Source: a virus
DNA length: 35,987 nucleotides
Reading direction: 5' to 3' (one strand)
Virus record (IMG/VR): IMGVR_UViG_3300045988_152087
Span: 1 to 35,987 of that record
Shown piece after piece: positions 33,871 to 35,987 of this stretch. Every line of letters begins with the position of its first letter. Positions within the stretch are counted from its first letter, which is position 1. A program made the position numbers and the translations under genes. The notes beneath the pieces were generated by a model that did no database searches, had not been told where the DNA came from, and saw nothing but the letters and a program-made list of their open reading frames with translations.

Positions 33871-35325
33871 TCAAATATATGCGAGGTCATCCGAATCGGT
33901 CAAGTTGACACCCCCGTGTTCCTCATCACTCAGGCCGAGCGTGGTGAACACCGTCCGCTGGATGTCCGCCTTGCGGCCCAGCGCGTCCCAGATCGCGGAA
34001 GCGATAGACGGCTCTCCGCGGCCGTACACCGGCACGTTGAACTGGCAGGACACACTCTCCGCCGTCTGGCCTGGCCGGGCGAGTCGGGCGTTAGCCTGCT
34101 CCCACAGCTCCAGCGACCACGGCAAGCAGGACCACACCAGCGACTCACCCCCGAACTGGAGGTTGAGCCCGTGACCCGCTGACGCCGGGTGGGCGATAAG
34201 CACGTCAAGGTTGCCGGCGTTGAACGCCGCGCGGTCCTCGGCGCGCTTGGCCGAGCCGATGCGCATCTCCCGCAGCTGAGCCCGCAAGTACGGTTCCTCG
34301 TGCCTGAACCACGTCATCACCAGAACGCCGCGGCCAGTGACCTTCAGGCGAGCGCGCACGGCCGAGGCCGTGTAGTCCAGAGCCGGCCGAATGCGGTCCA
34401 CCTGAACCAGCTCGGGCTCAGCATCGGGGTCGAGCGGCGGCCGATACCAGATCGCCCCAGTGGTGAGCTGGTGCATCAGGTTCGCCACGGCACCCGGCCC
34501 CGACGTGTAGACCTCGCGCCCGTCGGGCAGGTGCGTCACGCCGTCGGCGAGCAGCTCCCTGCTCATGCGGACCGCCTCGCACCCCATGGTCGGGGTGAGC
34601 GCCTGGTAGGCCACCCCGGGAAGCACGAGCCCCTCGCCGGCCTCGGCGTATCGCATCACGTCGGACGCCTTGAGGATAAGCCGCCGCATCGCCCCGGGGC
34701 GCGGCTCGCGGCCGACTCGGGCGCCTGTGGGGATCATCCGCCCCTCGGTGAGGTACTCGTCGCGGGCACGGGTGACCGTCTTGCCAAGGCGCTCCCCACC
34801 GTCGAGCATCCGCACCAGCGACCACACCCCGATCGGATCATGGCCTGGGGTGCCGGTCAGCAACCACAGACGGTCGGCCGCCGAGGCCAGCTCCCGCAGC
34901 GCTCGGGCACGCTGGGACTCACCCCGGCTCGCCGAGGGGGTCATGTACCCGCTGGCCTCATCGACCACTACCGTTCTCCACGTGGTGTCGCTGAGCACGG
35001 CATCCCGGATCGAGGCGCTGGAGAGCACCACGACGTCGGCCAGCGTGTCGTCCAGAGCGGCGCGGCGCTTCGACGCTGGCGTGCGCGGGGCGGCCTCTAC
35101 GACGAGCGGGATGCTGCGGCGCTCGGCCTCGTCAGACCACGTGGACTCACTGACCGTCGGGGGTGCCAGGACGAGGGCTGGGAAGGAGTCAGCGGGCAGG
35201 TCCGCGAGCGCCCGCAGCGTCGTCCACGTCTTTCCGGTGCCCATGCCCGCGATGAGGAGACCCCTCGGGTGGCTGACGAGCCATTCCCGGGAGGTCTCCT
35301 GCTCCGGTGTGAGGGCCGCTGTCAC
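33871..35325 (-). CDS. SNF2-family helicase (DEAD/DEAH-like ATPase + helicase C domain)
   Basis: Walker A GMGTGKT, VVVDEASGY and helicase-C motif HPASAGHGLNL are present. GTG 35325 overlaps the upstream stop (GTGA). Confidence 0.8.
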   Translation of the reverse strand: MTAALTPEQETSREWLVSHPRGLLIAGMGTGKTWTTLRALADLPADSFPALVLAPPTVSESTWSDEAERRSIPLVVEAAPRTPASKRRAALDDTLADVVVLSSASIRDAVLSDTTWRTVVVDEASGYMTPSASRGESQRARALRELASAADRLWLLTGTPGHDPIGVWSLVRMLDGGERLGKTVTRARDEYLTEGRMIPTGARVGREPRPGAMRRLILKASDVMRYAEAGEGLVLPGVAYQALTPTMGCEAVRMSRELLADGVTHLPDGREVYTSGPGAVANLMHQLTTGAIWYRPPLDPDAEPELVQVDRIRPALDYTASAVRARLKVTGRGVLVMTWFRHEEPYLRAQLREMRIGSAKRAEDRAAFNAGNLDVLIAHPASAGHGLNLQFGGESLVWSCLPWSLELWEQANARLARPGQTAESVSCQFNVPVYGRGEPSIASAIWDALGRKADIQRTVFTTLGLSDEEHGGVNLTDSDDLAYI

Positions 35326-35735
35326 AGCGGTAGACCCCTCCGCACGAGGCATGCGACCATGCCGAGGTTCAGCACGTCATCACCGTCGGGCAGGCCGTCG
35401 GTGCGGTGGGCGAAGTCGTCGAGGCACAGCAGCAGCTCATCGGCGCTGGCCGTCTCTCCGGCCGCGCAGCACTCGTAGGCAACGCGGGCCGGCTCGCCCT
35501 GGGCGCCGATGGGGTCTCCGAGGCTGCGGTCGATCTCGCGGCACAGCACGAGGGCCGACTCGCAGACCGATGCGACGCGCTCAGCGCTCGCCGGCGCCGC
35601 CCCCTGGTCGAGGGCGAAGTGCAGCGAGGACGTCAGCGCCCGCGCCTTCTGCGCCGCGCGCATGTGGCCATAGGGGATGCTTGCCAGCTCAGCGGCGGAT
35701 GCCCGCTGAACCATCTCAAATGTTGGGTTGCTCAT
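35322..35735 (-). CDS. Hypothetical protein, first gene of the early leftward operon (leaderless start)
   Basis: ATG 35735 (MSNPTFEMVQ...) lies 7 nt downstream of the TATGCT -10 of promoter A. The ORF-track start at 35771 would lie inside the promoter. Confidence 0.5.
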   Translation of the reverse strand: MSNPTFEMVQRASAAELASIPYGHMRAAQKARALTSSLHFALDQGAAPASAERVASVCESALVLCREIDRSLGDPIGAQGEPARVAYECCAAGETASADELLLCLDDFAHRTDGLPDGDDVLNLGMVACLVRRGLPL

Positions 35736-35742
35736 GTGCCTA

Positions 35743-35786
35743 AGCATAGAATCGGCTCCCCGCCTTGTCAAGAGGGGAGCCGATTC
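35743..35786 (-). promoter_or_regulatory. Terminator hairpin with embedded sigma70-like promoter (module A)
   Basis: 13-bp perfect stem 35749-35761/35774-35786 with loop gccttgtcaaga. On the reverse strand the loop holds TTGACA (35771-35766), then a 17-nt spacer, TATGCT (35748-35743), 7 nt (taggcac), then ATG 35735. It lies directly downstream of the surface-protein stop. Confidence 0.6.
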
Positions 35787-35799
35787 AGTTCCTATTGGG

Positions 35800-35987
35800 T
35801 CAGTGGTTGCGGCGGTTGCGGACGAGGAGTCCCGCGCCGACCAGGGCCGCGGCCGTGAGCAGTGCTCCGCCGGCCGCGATTCCGGTGTGGGCGAGCTGTG
35901 GGGTCTCGGCCGAGGGGGTCGGGGTGGGCTCGGGCTTCTTGGGCTCGACCGAGGGGGTGGGCTCGGGCTTCTTGGGCTCGACCGAGG
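35800..35987 (-). CDS. Cell-wall-anchored surface protein, C-terminal part (PT repeats + LAHTG sortase motif + TM + basic tail); enters from the window end
   Basis: Reverse translation gives ...SVEPKKPEPTPSVEPKKPEPTPTPSAETPQLAHTGIAAGGALLTAAALVGAGLLVRNRRNH*. LAxTG is the class-E sortase signal of Actinobacteria. Confidence 0.8.
   Translation of the reverse strand, partial: SVEPKKPEPTPSVEPKKPEPTPTPSAETPQLAHTGIAAGGALLTAAALVGAGLLVRNRRNH

Noticed and set aside
1-35987. Exact circular junction between position 35987 and position 1
   Set aside because: Joining the ends as given puts the two gene halves out of frame by one C in a CCCCC run within tandem repeats. Repeat collapse or assembly overlap is likely, so circularity is proposed but the exact junction and repeat number are not asserted.

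Overview
The window is a high-GC, phage-like replicon that looks essentially complete and circularly permuted. It most likely comes from a siphovirus of an actinobacterial host; the host call rests on high GC, GTG starts, leaderless starts and an LAHTG sortase motif.

Layout:
- Plus strand, 5834-27413: one long late operon. It runs HNH endonuclease, then an A-tract-rich non-coding stretch that is the best cos/packaging-site candidate, then P27-family small terminase, large terminase, a small ORF, portal (possibly with a MuF-like C-terminus), HK97-type prohead protease carrying an N-terminal (EDEKP)x7 tandem repeat, HK97-fold major capsid protein, five head-tail joining proteins, major tail protein, a G/T tail chaperone pair with a -1 frameshift, a tape measure protein with Trp-rich repeats, Dit-like and Tal-like proteins, an amidase_2 endolysin, three fibre-like proteins, a holin-like protein, another fibre protein and a membrane/coiled-coil protein. 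It ends at a perfect 19-bp bidirectional terminator.
- Minus strand, 35735 down to 27468: an early/replication operon. It runs a leaderless first gene, SNF2 helicase, a small HTH protein, DUF2815, VRR-NUC, DUF3310, family-A DNA polymerase, two hypotheticals, NrdH-redoxin, an HTH-metallophosphoesterase, a hypothetical and two tiny membrane proteins.
- Minus strand, 5255 down to 1229: a second leftward unit with a prim-pol/VirE-type primase-helicase, an Ala/Pro-rich hypothetical and a DUF2800 Cas4-like nuclease.
- No integrase, repressor or partition gene is recognisable.

The most striking feature is a sortase-anchored surface-adhesin gene split across the two window ends. Positions 1158 down to 1 encode a signal peptide, an MSCRAMM-like domain and PT-rich 39-bp repeats. 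Positions 35987 down to 35800 encode more PT repeats, an LAHTG sortase motif, a transmembrane segment and an RNRRNH tail. This gene sits between two near-identical terminator-hairpin/promoter modules of the form TTGACA-N17/18-TATGCT-N7-ATGAGC, which looks like a moron. The same hairpin, sigma70-like promoter and leaderless-start architecture recurs at other gene junctions.

Other non-coding signals: a 542-bp divergent control region full of perfect palindromes plus a polypyrimidine/polypurine tract, a hairpin stem reused at two loci, hairpins or palindromes centred on tail-fibre start codons, conserved inter-gene junction motifs, and pervasive GTGA/ATGA stop-start overlaps.
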